Shown: positions 36,826 to 50,932 of the stretch, piece by piece
How positions within the stretch are numbered: position 1 is the first letter of the stretch
Layout of the letters: every line of letters begins with the position of its first letter
Assembly (NCBI RefSeq): GCF_018350175.1
Contig: NC_058368.1
Coordinates: 45,014,001 to 45,078,000, forward strand
DNA length: 64,000 nucleotides
Direction: 5' to 3'
Origin: Felis catus
Taxonomy: Eukaryota
Translations under genes and position numbers: made by a program
Notes under the pieces: generated by a model
What the model was told of the DNA's origin: nothing
Database searches by the model: none
What the model saw: the letters and a program-made list of their open reading frames with translations, nothing else

Positions 36826-39800
36826 ATTAAATACCATTATCAAGCAAAAAAAAACACAGTATCTCCATAATATCATCACATATTCAATGAGTACTCAAAT
36901 CAATTCATATGCTAGGGTTTTTTGGTTTGAATTGGGACTTGAGTAAGGGTCATATCATTTTTAGTTTTAATATTGATGCTCATATTTTAAATTCCTAAGA
37001 TCCATATTTTACAAAAGATTTAGACATTAATTATGTTTATTTACTATTATTTTTTGTTATCTTGTTTCCTTAAAAGTCTGTTCTTTGGTTGATATTTTGT
37101 CTTTTAGGTGGTTTTGATTTTTCTGAAATTTCGGTGATGTGATGTCTGGTTGTATGCTCAGTTGTCAAATGATGTCTCATTGGTTCAAGAATCCCTGTTT
37201 GTCTGTCAATCAGCTGCAGATATTGATTCCAGACATACCTCCATTGATGTAGGGTAGGGTGGGGTATGCTGCTTTTTATGGTGTGCAGGTGATTTCTGAG
37301 TTTCAGGGCTCCACATTCCTTCTAGACATTACTCATTATTGGAATACTTTCCTGCCCTACTCCCAAACCCAACTCTTGAGAGGAGGTGTGGGGACAAATG
37401 GAGAGAAGGCACAAATATGGCTACTTTCTTTAGCTGAGGACAAGTGATGTAAAGAGAAGAGGAAGGGGCCAAATCTTCTAGTTTTATTAGTTCAAGTTCA
37501 TAATTAGTCATCCTGATAATTATATGAAGGACTTCTCTGGGTTTATTTCATCTTTTCAGTATGTGCTTGAAGAATACCTAGAAGTACCCCTACCACACAC
37601 TATTATACAGTCCTACAAGTGTTAAGATCTGTTTGTCTCTGCTCATGGTAAGCTCATCCTCTTTCTGCATTTTGAGTATTTCTCAGTTTATTTCCCGTTC
37701 ATGATACTTTGTAAGCACAGTGATAGATGTGCATGCATAAATACAAAGACGCATGTTTTATAGATATATTTATATGTCTATCTATATCTTCATAATTTTC
37801 TATCACTCTCTTATTGCATAAAAGGAATGCTACATACATCATTCCCTCTGAGTCACGGTAGGACAAAATGCAACACAGCACTCAATCTTATCTATTGATT
37901 CAATACATTGGTCATTTATTTCCAACCTTAAATTAAGTTATGCTAATTAATATATATAATCTCTCTGTGTATATCTATTAACTACCTACCTACCTACCTA
38001 CCTATTGAGCAAGTTTAAAATCCAAAACTAAAATTTGAAAAAAATCCAAGTTGTATAATTTAATAATTTATCTCCTTTATGTCATCTAATTCTATCAATT
38101 AGATATGCATCAACTCAAAATAGTTATGACCTAATGAGACAAAAATTGTTCAAGGTAGGAAATCTATATTCTATTAGCTTTGTCATTTATTACTAGGTGT
38201 TCTTTAATAAGTGAGGTCAAAATTAAACTCTTATTATGAACATTTCCAATCATGAAAAGATGTTGATAATGTCCTTTACTCAAGTCTTAATTATTAAATT
38301 CACAGACAAGAGTATAGGGAATTATCCATGCAAATAGTCATAACAAATTAATTCTGTATTACAGAATTAAACTAATATATAAAGGTATGTGAATGTTAAA
38401 GTTTATAAACATGATTTCTATGATATTAATTTTAGAAGAGGAATTTTAAAGGTACTGGGAATATTGATATCAGGAAACAGATGAAAAAGAGAAATTCCTG
38501 ATGTCACCTCCCCCAACATACACTTGCACTAAATATCTGAAAGCCTAGCATATGAAAATAAACATGATTTTCACCTTGCTTCAAAGAGCAATTTAAAATT
38601 TTGTGGAGTTAAAAATTTTATAGAGTGCACACTTCAAGTCATTAACAATAACTTATTAAAAATACTGCCAAATAATGAAATATTTTTTTATTAAGTAGTG
38701 AGTTTGAGATTTTAGTCATCCAACAAGAGGCTAAATTGTCACAGGGCTATTTCACTGGACATAGAATTCTTGATTTAGGAGAATGTGTGTTGGTAGGTGG
38801 GTGAGCTGTCATTCATACCCTTTAAGATACTTTGATTTCATGTGGTTATATTTTATTAAATTCCATATAAATTATGCTAGGGGCAAGTCAGTATTGAAAA
38901 ATGTTTGTAAAAGGTTACCATTAATTGAGAAACTGCCTTTTATCCTATTTTTGCTTATATCATTTTACAAATTCAGACTTTTAAAAGGTGATCTACCCGA
39001 CAGCTTTTTCTTTCATTTCATAGATCCACTAATTGCTTTGTTGCCTGTTCTAATGGTTATTAAGTAAAAATGGGCATCTGGAAGAACACAGCTGGGGTCC
39101 ACTTTACCAAGATTCTTTTTATCTGTTGGGTAGCTACATGACGTTCATACCCACTGTTCTCTCTGCACATTAGTGCTCCATAACTGTCTTTTACAATTGA
39201 ATTCATTTGCTTCCTTCACTTGATGCTATTGAAGGAATAAAAAACTCTTAGGCTGTGCTTGTACCAAGGAGGAGAGGGTAGGTGGTGGTGGTGATAGTGA
39301 AAATAAACACCTTACTTTAGAAGGAACATTAAAATTTATGGGCCCATTTAATCTGTATTGACTTGAATATAAATATGAAAAAGCATGAATCGCAATAGTA
39401 AATTCCAAAGATTCAGACCTATTGATTCAGACAGAAATTCATAACTCAAAGGGCTAACATTTATATACTGTAACAAGTGTTACCAATTGGCATAGTTTTC
39501 CTTGTTGCAAAAATTCACTCATGAATAGTGTTTTTTCATTCTAATATTGAGATTCTCTTTCCCAATGCCATAAAAGTCTTATGTTCATATACTTCTTTCA
39601 GATATCTAGGGCATTTGTATATGAAATAGTGCCTTAAAAGGATACATTTGGCCCCAAGAAACAGTTCATAGGCCTGTTTAGATTACCTTTTTTCCCCACT
39701 CAATACATTATGTTTTAGAAAGTCAAATGTATCACATATGCCCATATATGAAACTTTATCACAGTTATTGATTTAAAATGTATCAGTGATTTTCAAAATA

Positions 39801-40387
39801 AAGGTTTACCTGAAAGGTCACGATGCTGTTAATAGAGGTAAAAATGTTACCATACTTGGATTGTAAATTGTCGGATTAAAAAGATAAAGCCAGTGCTTGT
39901 AACTTACTTTGTGTATGTGTAACTATGACTTTGTGCATACAGAGTACACTGTCATTAATATAGGGAATGTGCAAATATTTCTCTCTTGGAAACACTCAGT
40001 TTTTCTTTATTAATAGTATTTCCTCTGTGGATATATACCCAAGATGAATATCCCCTTTATACAATGTACTTAATATAAGAAAATGAAATAAATTTGTTAG
40101 ACATAACTTTTTCAGATTTCTTTACCTGAGAAAATCTATAATTATATGTAGTCTTTTATATAATAAGTGAATTATGTTAAAATTTTTAAGTGCATTAGAT
40201 GTTTAAAATACATTTAAAATGTTCTTATTGTCAGAATTACTTTAGTAATATATTCAGACTTGCAAAATATTTTCTATGTATATCCTTAGTGTTTCCCTGA
40301 ATTATCTCTCTCCTTTAATCACGTAGCTTTGCAAACACCCCATAATGACAAAATGCCTAGAGTGCGTGTATAAAAAGTTGACGTGGT

Positions 40388-40627
40388 GGAGCGTCTGGGT
40401 GGCTCAGTTGGGCAGTTAAGCGAATGAGTTCAACTTGGGTCATGATCTTGTGGTTCCTGAGTTCGAGCCCTAAGGCGGACTTTGTGCTGAGAGCTCAGGG
40501 CATGGAGCCTGTTTCAGATTCTGCGTCATCCTCTCTCTCTGCTGTTCCCCTGCTTGTCCTTGCTCTCTCTCTCTCTCTCCCTCCCTCAAAAATAAATAAA
40601 CATTAAAAAAAACTGATTTGCCATTAA
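40388..40627 (+). mobile_element. Can-SINE
   Basis: TSD aaaaagttga(c/a)gt(g/a)gt. Confidence 0.92.
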
Positions 40628-40708
40628 AAAAAGTTGAAGTAGTGAGAAGAGAGTGGAGCAGAATCAAGCTGCAGATAAGGTAAGAACGTCAAGATGTGCT
40701 CACTGATA

Positions 40709-40941
40709 GGGGCACCTGGGTGGCTCAGTCGGTTAAGCATCCAACTTCAGCTCAGGTCATGATCTCACAGTTTGTGAGTTCAAGCCCAGCATCAGGCTCT
40801 GTGCTGGCATCTCGGAGCCTGGAGCCTGAAGCCTGGAGCCTGGAGCCTGCTTTGGATTCTGTGTCTCCTCTCTCGGCCCCTTCCCGACTTGTGCTCTGTC
40901 TCTGCCTCTCAAAAATAAATAAATGTAATAAAAAAAAAAAC
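40709..40941 (+). mobile_element. Can-SINE with internal GCCTGGA reiteration
   Basis: TSD aagatgtgctcac(t/a)gata. Confidence 0.95.
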
Positions 40942-42163
40942 TTAAGATGTGCTCACAGATAATGGCAAAGTGCATGGTCATTAGTGCCTACACACATACA
41001 CTCATGCACAAATGAAGACAATGGATCAGCCGTACATTAGTTGACTCATGCTCAGTGATCACAATTTGTGTTGGATCAAAAGACATTAAACAAGCTAGAG
41101 CTTAAGTTCAACATTTGAAGTGTGGGTTTTGTCCCCAGTCTACTTGAAAATATCTAAACTTTACTAAGTACCAAGATGTCATCACATGAAGAAAGAGAGT
41201 GACATTCTTAGAGGAAAAGATGTAACCAGACACAAACGCCAAGATACTAAACCTGCTTCATTTTTTAAAATTACATGTGAAGCCAGCATTACCTTGATTC
41301 CAAAATGATACAAAGACCCCACTAAAAAGAATAATTACAGGACAATATCCCTGATGAACGTGGATGCAGAAATTCTCAACAAGATATTAGCAAAACAAGT
41401 TCAACAGCATATGAAAAGAGTTATTCACTATGATCAAGTGGGATTTATTCCTGGGCTGCAGGCCTGTTCAGTATTTGCAAACGAATCGCCACGACACACG
41501 ACATTAATAAAAGAAAGGATAAGAACCATATGATCCTGTCAATAGATGCAGAAAAAGCACTCGGCAAAATACTGCACCCATTCTTGACAAAAACCCTCAA
41601 CAAAGTAGGGTTAGATGACACATACTTCAACATCATAAAGGTCATATATGAAAGACCCAAAGCTAACACCATCCTCAATGGGGAAAAAGTCAGAGCCTTT
41701 CCCCTATGGTCAGGAACAGGACAAAGATGCCCACTCTCACCATTACTATTACTATTAACATTAACATAGTACCGGAAGTCTTAGCTTCAGCAATCAGACA
41801 AAAAAAAAAAAAAAGAAAGAAATAAAGGGTATACAAATCAATGAGGAAGAAGACAGACTTTCACTATTTGCAGATGACATGATATTCTATGTAGAAAACC
41901 TGAAACATTCCACCAAAAATTGTTAGAATGAATACATGAATTCAGCCAAGTCATAGAATATAAAATCAATGTGTACAAATCTGTTGCATTTCTATACACC
42001 AATAGCGAAGCAGCAGAAAAAGAAATCAAGGAATAAATCTCATTTATTACTGCATCAAAAGCAATAAGATACTGAAGAATAAACCTGACTAAAGAGATAA
42101 AGAGATAAACTATAGAAGACATATGAAAGATATTGAAAAGGACACAAAGCAATGGAAAAGCAT

Positions 42164-42388
42164 GGGCACCTGGGTGGCTCAGTCAGTTAAGCATCTGACT
42201 TCGGCTCAGGTCATGATGTCACAGTTTGTGAGTTCAAGTCCCATTTCGGGCTCTGTGTTGACAGCTCAAAGCCTGGATCATGCTTCGAATTCTGTAATTC
42301 TGTGTCTCCCTCTCTCTGTGCCTCCCCTGCTCATGCTCTGTCTCTCTGTCTGTCTCTCTGTGTCTCAAAAATAAACATTAAAAAAAAA
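42164..42388 (+). mobile_element. Can-SINE inserted in L1 ORF2
   Basis: TSD aatggaaaagca. Confidence 0.95.
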
Positions 42389-43661
42389 GGAAATGGAAAA
42401 GCACTCCATGCTCATGGATTGAAAGAACAAACATTGTTAAAATGTCCATACTACCCAAAGCAATCTACACATTTAATGCAATCCCTATCAAAATACCACC
42501 AGCATTCTTTGGAAAGCTAGATCAAACCACCCTAAAATTTGTATGGAACCACAAAAGACTCTGAACAGCCAAATCTATCCTGAAAAAGAAAAAAACAAAA
42601 CTGGATGAATCACAATTCCAGATTCTAAACTATATTGCAAAGATGCAGTCATCAAGACAGTATTGTACTGGTACAGAAATAGATGCATAGTCAATGGAAC
42701 CGAATAGAAAGCTTGGAAATGGACCCACAACTATATGGTCAACTCATCTTTGACAAAGCAGGAAAGAATATCCAATGGAAAAAAGATAGTCTCTTCAACA
42801 AACAGTGTTGGGAAAACTGGATGGTGACATGCAGAATGAAACTGGACCACTTTCTTACAACATACACAAAAATAAGTTCAAAAGGGATTAAAGACCTAAC
42901 TGTGAGACAGGAAACCCTAAAAATCTTAGACAACACTGGCAGCAACCTCTTTGACCTTGGCCAGAGAAACTTCTGCTAAACGCATCACCCACCAAAGGCA
43001 AAGGAAACAAAAGCAAACATGAACTATTAGGACCTCATGAATTAAAAAAAAAATTCTGCACAGCAAGGGAAACAGTCAACAAAACTTATGGAATGGGAGA
43101 AGACTTTTGCAAATGACATAGCTGATAAAGGGTTAGTATCCAAAATCTATAAAGTACTTATCAAACTCAACACCCCAAAAACAAACAACCCAGTTAAGAA
43201 ATAGGCAGAAGACATGAATAGACACTTCTCCAAAGAAGACCTACAGATAGCTAACAGACACATGAAAAGATGCTCAACATCACTCATCATCAGAGAAATA
43301 CAAATCAAAACCATGATAAGATACCACCTCACACCTGTCAGAATGTCTAAAATTAACAACACAAGAAGCAACAAGTATTGGCAAGGATGTGGAGAAAGGG
43401 AACCTACTGGCACTGCTGGTAGGACTGCAAACTGGTGCAGTTACTCTGGAGAACAGTATGGAATTTCCTCAAAAAACTAAAAAAATATAACTATCCTATG
43501 ATCCAGCAATTACACTATTAGGTATTATCCAAAGGATACAAAACTACAGATTTGAAGGGGTGCATGCATCCCAGTGTTTATAGCAGAATTATCATCAATA
43601 GCCAAACTATGGAGAGAGCTCAAATATCCTTCCACTGATGAATAGATAAATAATACGTGGT

Positions 43662-43662
<1 letters not shown>

Positions 43663-43702
<40 letters not shown>

Positions 43703-43730
43703 CACACACAGACACACACACACACACACA
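43663..43730. repeat. (CA)n inside L1
   Basis: Seen directly. Confidence 0.95.
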
Positions 43731-44030
43731 ATGGAATGCCACTCAGCATCAAAAAACTGAAATCTTGCCATTTGCCATGATGTGGATGGAGCCATAATGT
43801 ATTATGCTAAGCAAAATAAGTCAATCAGAGAAAGACAAATACCATATGATTTCACTTGTATGTGGAATTAAGAAAGAAAATAGATGAACATATGGGAAGT
43901 AGGGTGAAAGAGAAGAAAGGGAAACAAACCATAAAAGGCTCTTAATGATAGAGAACAAACTGAGGGTTGATGGAGGAAGATGCATGGTAAATGGGCTAGA
44001 TGGGTGATGGGTATTAAGAAGAGCACTTGT

Positions 44031-44217
44031 GGAGCACCTGGGTGATCCAATAGGTTAAACGTCCAACTTCATCTCAGGTCATGATCTCACGGTCCGTGGG
44101 TTTGAGCCCTGTATCGGGCTCTGTGCTAACAGCTCAGAGCCTGGAGCCTTCTTCGGATTCTGTGCCTCCCTCTCTCTCTGCCCCTCCTCTGCTGCACTTT
44201 GTCTCTCTCTCTCTCTG

Positions 44218-44251
<34 letters not shown>

Positions 44252-44277
44252 AAAAATAAATAAAAATTAAAAAAAAA
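44031..44277 (+). mobile_element. Can-SINE inserted in the L1 3' UTR
   Basis: TSD aagaag(a/g)gcact. Confidence 0.93.
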
Positions 44278-45399
44278 GAAGAAGGGCACTGTGATGAGCA
44301 TTGGGTGTTGTATGTAAGTGATGAATCACTGAATTCTACTTCTGAAACCAATATCGTACTGTATATTAAATAAAATATACATTAAAATAAATTAAAATAC
44401 ATTAAAAATTACATGCAGATATAATTCCATTGTAGACGCCCACATTTTTCAGCTTTGAATCTTTACATACTGTGTCAGGCAGATCCAGCCAAAAATAAAT
44501 AACTCTTTACTTAATTTGAATTTCAAATTAGGATTTAGTTTGTGTGTGTAGTAAAATGTTAAACTTGAAATCCAGATTATATAGAAATGGGTAAAAACCT
44601 TATAATACCAGAAGTTTATATTTATATACCAAGAATAAGGCTTGGAGAATATAAAGTATACCTGGAGGATCAATATGCAAACTTCATTTTGATAAAGTCT
44701 TTTGCAGGGAGAATGTATGATGTGGAAATGCGTGATATGATGTAGGGAAATCACTTCCTACAAGAAATGGGGAAGACCATGTAGATACTGAGAGTGGGTT
44801 TGAATTGGGGGGGGGGATGGGCATGTGATGTGAAGAAACAAAAATGTTTAGGAATATTGAAACAAGTATTCTGGCTTCCTTTTTACAATCCAAATCTCAG
44901 GGGGATCAGGAGGAAATTAATCTAGATAGATGTGAGATAATCCAAGACTACTGACAAATGCTCTATTTTCCCCAACACAGAACATAGTTCATCTGTCTTG
45001 GGACCCCAGTGAGCAAGCAAAGTGAAGGACAACTTGTTGAAGGCATGGAGAAGACAGCAAAGCACACAAGTGATCCTCCCCCCACCAGACAGTATGTATC
45101 TAGACCTCTCATTTCAACTGTGGAGTGAATAAAGAGAACACACACTAACGGAGGGGAAACAGTACTTACTGGGATTTGAAAAATGAATTGACTGAATATC
45201 CCAAAGAGACTTTGGAAGTGACACCAAAGTGTACTGGGTGACTTTTCTTTGGCAATTTTTATCCTATTCCTAATGCATATCATTTCTTGCTGGACTCAGT
45301 ACATGTATAGAAGTATGCACAGGCACCAATTTACGTTAAGCATGAATGATGTTCTAAGGAAAGGCAATACATGATATAGGAAATAGTTAAATGTTGGGG

Positions 45400-46610
45400 T
45401 TTTTTTCACATCTATATCACAGTGTATGCAAATTCATTCATTTCTCTCCATTTCCAAATCCCTAGTTCAAGCTACAAACATCTCTTACCTAAAATAATAC
45501 TACAGTTGTCTCCTGAATTATTTCCTTGAACCAATTCTTCCCTCTCCAAATGTTAGGCAGGACTATATTCTCGAATTGCAAATATGACCCTTTTATTTCT
45601 CTCTCTTAGTATATAGAACAGAATCCCTGATGTGGCCTGCAGCTTCCTGCCAGTTCTGGCCTCTACTTGTTTTCCATCTCCTTTCACATTTTCACACAAG
45701 CTCTCTACACCCCTGGAATTAAACTGTTTTTTCTCCCCTAGGGCCTTTGGACTGCCTCTTTCTTCTGCATAAAACACTTTCCACCACTCACCTCTTGGTT
45801 CAGTTAATTCTTAGCATTAGAACCTCAGTGACAGGTATCATTTTTTCTTTTTTTTCCCCCATACATACTTTATTTTATTATTTTTTTAAATATATGAAAT
45901 TTATTGTCAAATTGGTTTCCATACAACATCCAGTGCTCATCCCAACAGGTGCCCTCCTCAATACCCATCGCCCACCCTCCCCACCCTCCCACCCCCCATC
46001 AGCCCTTAATTTGTTCTCAGTTTTTAAGACTCTCTTATGCTTTGGCTCTCTCCCACTCTAACCTCTTATTTTTTTTTCCTTCCCCTCCCCCATGGGTTCC
46101 TGTTTCTCAGGATCCACATAAGAGTGAACACATATGGTATCTGTCTTTCTTTATATGGCTTATTTCACTTAACATAACACTCTCCAGTTCCATCCACGTT
46201 CCTACAAAGGGCCATATGTCATTCTTTCTCAATGCCACATAGTACTCCATTGTGTATATAAACCACAGTTTCTTTATCCATTTATCAGTTGATGGACATT
46301 TAGGTATCATTTTTTCATGAAAACATTCTCTGATCAACCCAGGCTAGCTCACATCCCCCACTCTGTGCTTTCACATGTCCCTCTGTGTTTCATTCATAAC
46401 ACTTTTGCAGTGTGTAATTATACACCTGTAATGTCATTTTTATTATTTCCCATCTCTCCTATGATCCGTAAACTCAGTGCAAGCTGGAACCTGCCCGTTT
46501 GTTTCACTATGCTATACCTAACTCCAGGCAGAGAGTATTAAACATAATAGGCACCAAAATATCTGTTAAGTCATTGTGTAAGTGCATAAGTGAATGAACA
46601 TGTGAATACA
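45400..46610 (+). mobile_element. L2 3' region split by an L1 insertion
   Basis: ctagttcaagctacaaacatctctt...cagggcctttg-like motifs. Ends ...aagtgaatgaa. Confidence 0.65.
45848..46301 (-). mobile_element. Young 5'-truncated feline-type L1 3' end
   Basis: Antisense reads PKCPSTDKWIKKLWFIYTMEYY...WMELESVMLSEIS. Perfect 15-bp TSD aggtatcattttttc. Confidence 0.95.
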
Positions 46611-47049
46611 GATATGCTAGTCTAAACATGTTTCTATAACACATACATCTATAGGAGTTCCTAACAAACAAGAAAGAGAATGATAATTGACCATTGCCAG
46701 AAATTATATCTGAGTAATATGGATGACTAACCACCACAAGTTACTCATCTCTTGCTTTGTTCTACAACATAAGACTTTATTCTAATGTATAAGACTTTGT
46801 TACAAAACTCATATCCCCAAATGACAGTAATTCTGGCACTTAGTTCATTTGTTCTCTTTTTTAATGTCAGACCAAAGAAAAATGTTATTGCTGTTCTGCA
46901 AATATCTAGAACAGCAAAAAATTCACTAAATTTATCCTGAGGCCAATGGGTAAAATACTATTTCACCTCATATCCCAACTTGTTTTACTTTTGGAAGGAC
47001 GTGATTAGCCTACTACTTTGTTCCATGCTTCTATTTAACAAAAATATTT

Positions 47050-47235
47050 TTAGTTCCCCAGGGCTGCCATAACAAACTACCACAAACTGAGTGGCACACA
47101 ACAAGAGAAATTTATTATTTTATGGTTGTGGAGGCTAGAAGCTCAGAATGAAGGTGTTACCAAAGCCATGGTTTTCCTAAACCACCAGGTGAGGATCCTT
47201 TTTTGCCCCTTCCAGCTTCTATCTGATAGCCCTGA
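47050..47235 (-). mobile_element. MLT1/MaLR LTR fragment
   Basis: agggctgccataacaaactaccacaaactgagtggc...aaatttatt...tggaggctagaag. Confidence 0.85.
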
Positions 47236-47284
47236 GTGTCCCAGGCCTGGTACAAGGTGTTAAAGATTCATCAAGAAACACAAT

Positions 47285-47500
47285 GGGGTGCCTGGGTGAC
47301 TCAGTCAGTTAAGCATCTCACTCTTGATTTCGGCTCAGGTCATGATCTCATGGTTTGTGAGATCCAGCCCCACCTTGGGCTCTGTGCTGACACCACGGAG
47401 CCTGCTTGGGATTCTCTCTCTCTCCCTCTCTCTCTGGCTCTTCCCTGCTGTGCTTTGTTTATCTCTCAAAAGAAATAAATAAACTTTTTTAAAAAAGAAG
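47285..47500 (+). mobile_element. Can-SINE
   Basis: TSD aagaaacacaa. Confidence 0.93.
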
Positions 47501-48290
47501 AAGAAACACAACAGACACAAATATTTGGCATATCTTTTTCACAGTCAACAATAACACTCCCTATTTAAATATTTATCTATTTAAAACTTAATCACTAATA
47601 TATCATGAGTTGGACGGCACAGGAGAGATGGGAGGGGAACATATCACATTTTATTCTAATATCAATTTACACTGTGTATACTTCTACAACTTTGTACACT
47701 ATAACACTTATTATTTTATAGAAATAGCATTTTAACCTTTTATTGAAAATAACCTAAGAATTTGAATTCTTATTAATAATTTATATAATTGGTACCAAAT
47801 AGTCATAATGGAAGATTCAGTTACTGAAGTTTTGAAAAGACTAATGGGGATACATGCCTGATTCAGGATCTGCCATGGTACCTACCAAACTCCCTTCCTA
47901 AGCAATGATAGCCATGAAATCACTGATTAATTTTGTTAGTTACATTTTTAAAAATACAGGATGGCTGCATACCTGGCATAAGTCTACCTTAAATTATATC
48001 TTGAACCATGGGAAGTACCTATCATGTTTGGTAAAAAATACCATTAGTCTGTTACTAATTCTTGGCTCCAAACTTATGATCTGTTGATTTGTTTGTTTGT
48101 TTGTTCATTTGTTTGTTTGTTTTTGATTTCTGAGACACTCCAGTGTCTGTTTATGATATTCTTTACTAGTCCCTCATTTGTCCCCACGTTTATATTGTTT
48201 TCTCTCATTGCCAGCTTCCAATGAGAGATTCACCATATTGGCTGCCACCCCACTCCCAATCAATACCTTAGCTGGACTCTGGGACTTCAC

Positions 48291-48489
48291 TTATTTTTAA
48301 TGTTCATTTATTTATTTTGAGAGAGAGAGAGAGTGCAGGGTTAGGACAGAAGGAAAGAGAGAGAATTGAGAATCTTAACCAGGCTCCATGCTCAGTAGGG
48401 AGCCTGATGAGGGGGCTCAGTCAACCTTGAGATCATGACATAAGCTGAAATCTAGAGTTGGACACTTAACTGAACCATCCAGGCACCCC
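48291..48489 (-). mobile_element. Can-SINE (older)
   Basis: Ends ccatccaggcacccc. TSD-like tggga(a)cttca. Confidence 0.9.
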
Positions 48490-48514
48490 TGGGAACTTCA
48501 TTTTAAACAATCGT

Positions 48515-48737
48515 GGGGCACGTGGGTGTCTCAGTCAGTTGGGCATCCAGACTTCCACTCAGATCATGATCTCACGGTTCATTGGTTCAAGCCCTGTGTT
48601 GAACTGTGTCCGGACAGCTCAGAGCCTGGAGGCTACTTCAGATTCTGTGTCTCCGTCTCTCTCTGCTCCTCCCCTGTTCATGCTCTGTCTCTCTCTCTCT
48701 CTCAAAAATGAATAAACATTAAAAAAATTTTAAAAAA
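48515..48737 (+). mobile_element. Can-SINE
   Basis: Full body with tail. Confidence 0.93.
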
Positions 48738-50719
48738 GGAAACAACCTTGACTCACCACTATCACTAGTGACTAGTGATATGATTTGTTATTAATTTTAG
48801 ACACTTAATTACCCCATTTGCCTCTATTTACTAATTTAGGGATCAATTTGAGCATTGATTTTTCAATAAATTCTTCCAAAAATCTCAGTTTAGGTTTTTT
48901 GTTTTCTTCTGTGTATTCTCAAGTTTCATGAGCATTCCTCCAGTAGCACATCCAGGAAACAAAATTGCCTCCACCAATACACTTACAAGTTTTTAGTGTA
49001 TCAGCCAGTATGAGCTATGCATTACTTATCTTATCCCCAATGGAAGAAGCTTAAATATAACTTATTTAAATGATTGAATGCTTTTTCTTTCTTTTTAAAG
49101 GTAGCTTCTTCTTGCTTCATTGAAAATGGTATATAATTATTGATAGTTAATAAATTCCTAACTCTATCATTATTTTTTTAATGAGAAGTTTTAGATATTT
49201 TCAAAGTTCGGGGTATTTTTATGTAGACATATTATAAATTATTATCTGCTGAAGTCTAAGCTCAGACAGTTCTCCCTGTACAAGAAAAAAACATACTCTC
49301 ATTTTGAACTTAGCACTTAATAATTAAAACTACAGCACTTCATGACAAATGTTCTGATTGAAACAAGAAACAGTCACAGAACCTAATTATTACTTTGCAC
49401 TAAGAGTGGGATTAGTGGTAGAAACTGATGAAAGTAATGTATGGCAAGTACATATTGACTCTATACTGTGTACCATATATGCTGAGTTGACATATAAACT
49501 TAAGCTATGGGCTTTGGACTTATTATTTCTATGTGGAAATTGTATTGATAATGAAATTACATAACTCGCTCTGTCAAACCATAAGCTCTTTATTTTTGTA
49601 TTTACAGATCATCTTACATTGTTTCTGGAAGAAGTGTTCAATGACTTTGAAATTTTATTTTTATTATTTCAATCAAAATGTCCACTGAACTTCTTCAGTA
49701 AATAAGCCTGCTTCTATCTGAAAATACTTTTATCCTGCAATATACATTGACCAGTTGTGACAAATAGTACCAAAGTTTAGGGAACATACTTTGAACAATG
49801 TGTAGAATTACTAATTCACCCCCCCCTACATTTTTTCCCTCAGAATGTGGTTACCACAATACATGATCAGAAAGAAGACTGGGAAAGTTTTAAAGTCACT
49901 AATAAAAGTAATCCAATGGTTATGATGCTGTATATAAAACATCTTCACTTATATATAACTGAGAATTCCTCCTGATGCATATTTTATTATCCATGAGCAT
50001 GATGTTTTAAAGAATAATTTGAACTACTTGAAATAATTTGAACACAAAGAAAAGAAGTAAAGTTAGTTCATCTTTGGTTAAGAACAACAGAAATATATAT
50101 GTTCATTGGTGTAAGGGGGAAAAAGGCAATAATTTATTAAATGAATACATGAAGAAAGGAACAGGTAGAATTTCTAGGCTTGATGGACTAGAACTAGTAA
50201 TCTACAGTTTCTATGGTAAGGTTTCCTCTCTCTCTCTCCCCTCCCCCACTCATGCTTTTTTAGTACTGCTTCATTCATCTTACTTACTACAGATTAGCTT
50301 TCTTTGTTTCTCTATGCCTTAGTGGAAAATGTCTCCATACCATTTTCCTAATTTAATACCTCCTAATATCTAACCCTGTTTTAATAATCCCAATTTTACA
50401 TTCTGGGAAGTAAAGAAAAAAAAAAAGAGCTCAAGTGTCTCAACTCTCTCTATGAACTGGTCTCCCAGGACTGGGTTTCTATTTTACATCAAATTAACTA
50501 TGGTCAGAGACAAGGTTATCAACTATGAACGGAATCATAGGGGGCCACTTCCTTTAGTTACTAAAGCAGATACATAGAGTCTCAGAACCAAAACATGTCT
50601 ACTGAAATTATCAGCCTTGGCATAGATGAGCCATTTAATGGTGGTAGAAGGTTATATAATTAAATAAATGCACTATGCTGGACAGTACAAGACTATTTTT
50701 AATTAATATATACCTTTAT

Positions 50720-50932
50720 ATATATTTATTAATGTTTATTTATTATTGAGAGACAGAGAGACACAGGTGAGCAGGGGAGGGGTAGAGAGAGGAGGAGACA
50801 CAGAATCCAAAGCAGGCTATGGGCTCTGAGCTGTCATTACAGAGCCTGACATGGGGCTCGAACTCACAAACTGCGAGATCATGATGTGAGCTGAAGTTGG
50901 TCGCCTAACCAACTGAGCCACCCAGGCACCCC
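50720..50932 (-). mobile_element. Can-SINE
   Basis: Ends gagccacccaggcacccc. Confidence 0.93.

Larger units (their letters stand above)
41278..44404 (+). mobile_element. 5'-truncated carnivore L1 (degenerate ORF2 RT/C-terminus plus 3' UTR)
   Basis: Motifs [58 protein letters not shown] aaaattacatg (41267-41277 / 44405-44415) at a TT/AAAA site. Confidence 0.96.

Noticed and set aside
41445..43480. Reverse-transcriptase-like ORFs as a novel RT/retron system
   Set aside because: Frameshifted pieces of ordinary L1 ORF2 inside a TSD-bounded truncated L1.
47100..47140. MLT1-derived splice acceptor for an antisense-transcript exon
   Set aside because: The usual acceptor (ctcacag|ttctggagg) reads ttatgg|ttgtggagg here, so the AG is missing.
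12975..48780. Isolated short palindromes (12975-12999, 38348-38370, 48760-48780)
   Set aside because: Arms of 9-11 bp in AT-rich DNA, unrelated to each other and too short for pre-miRNA.
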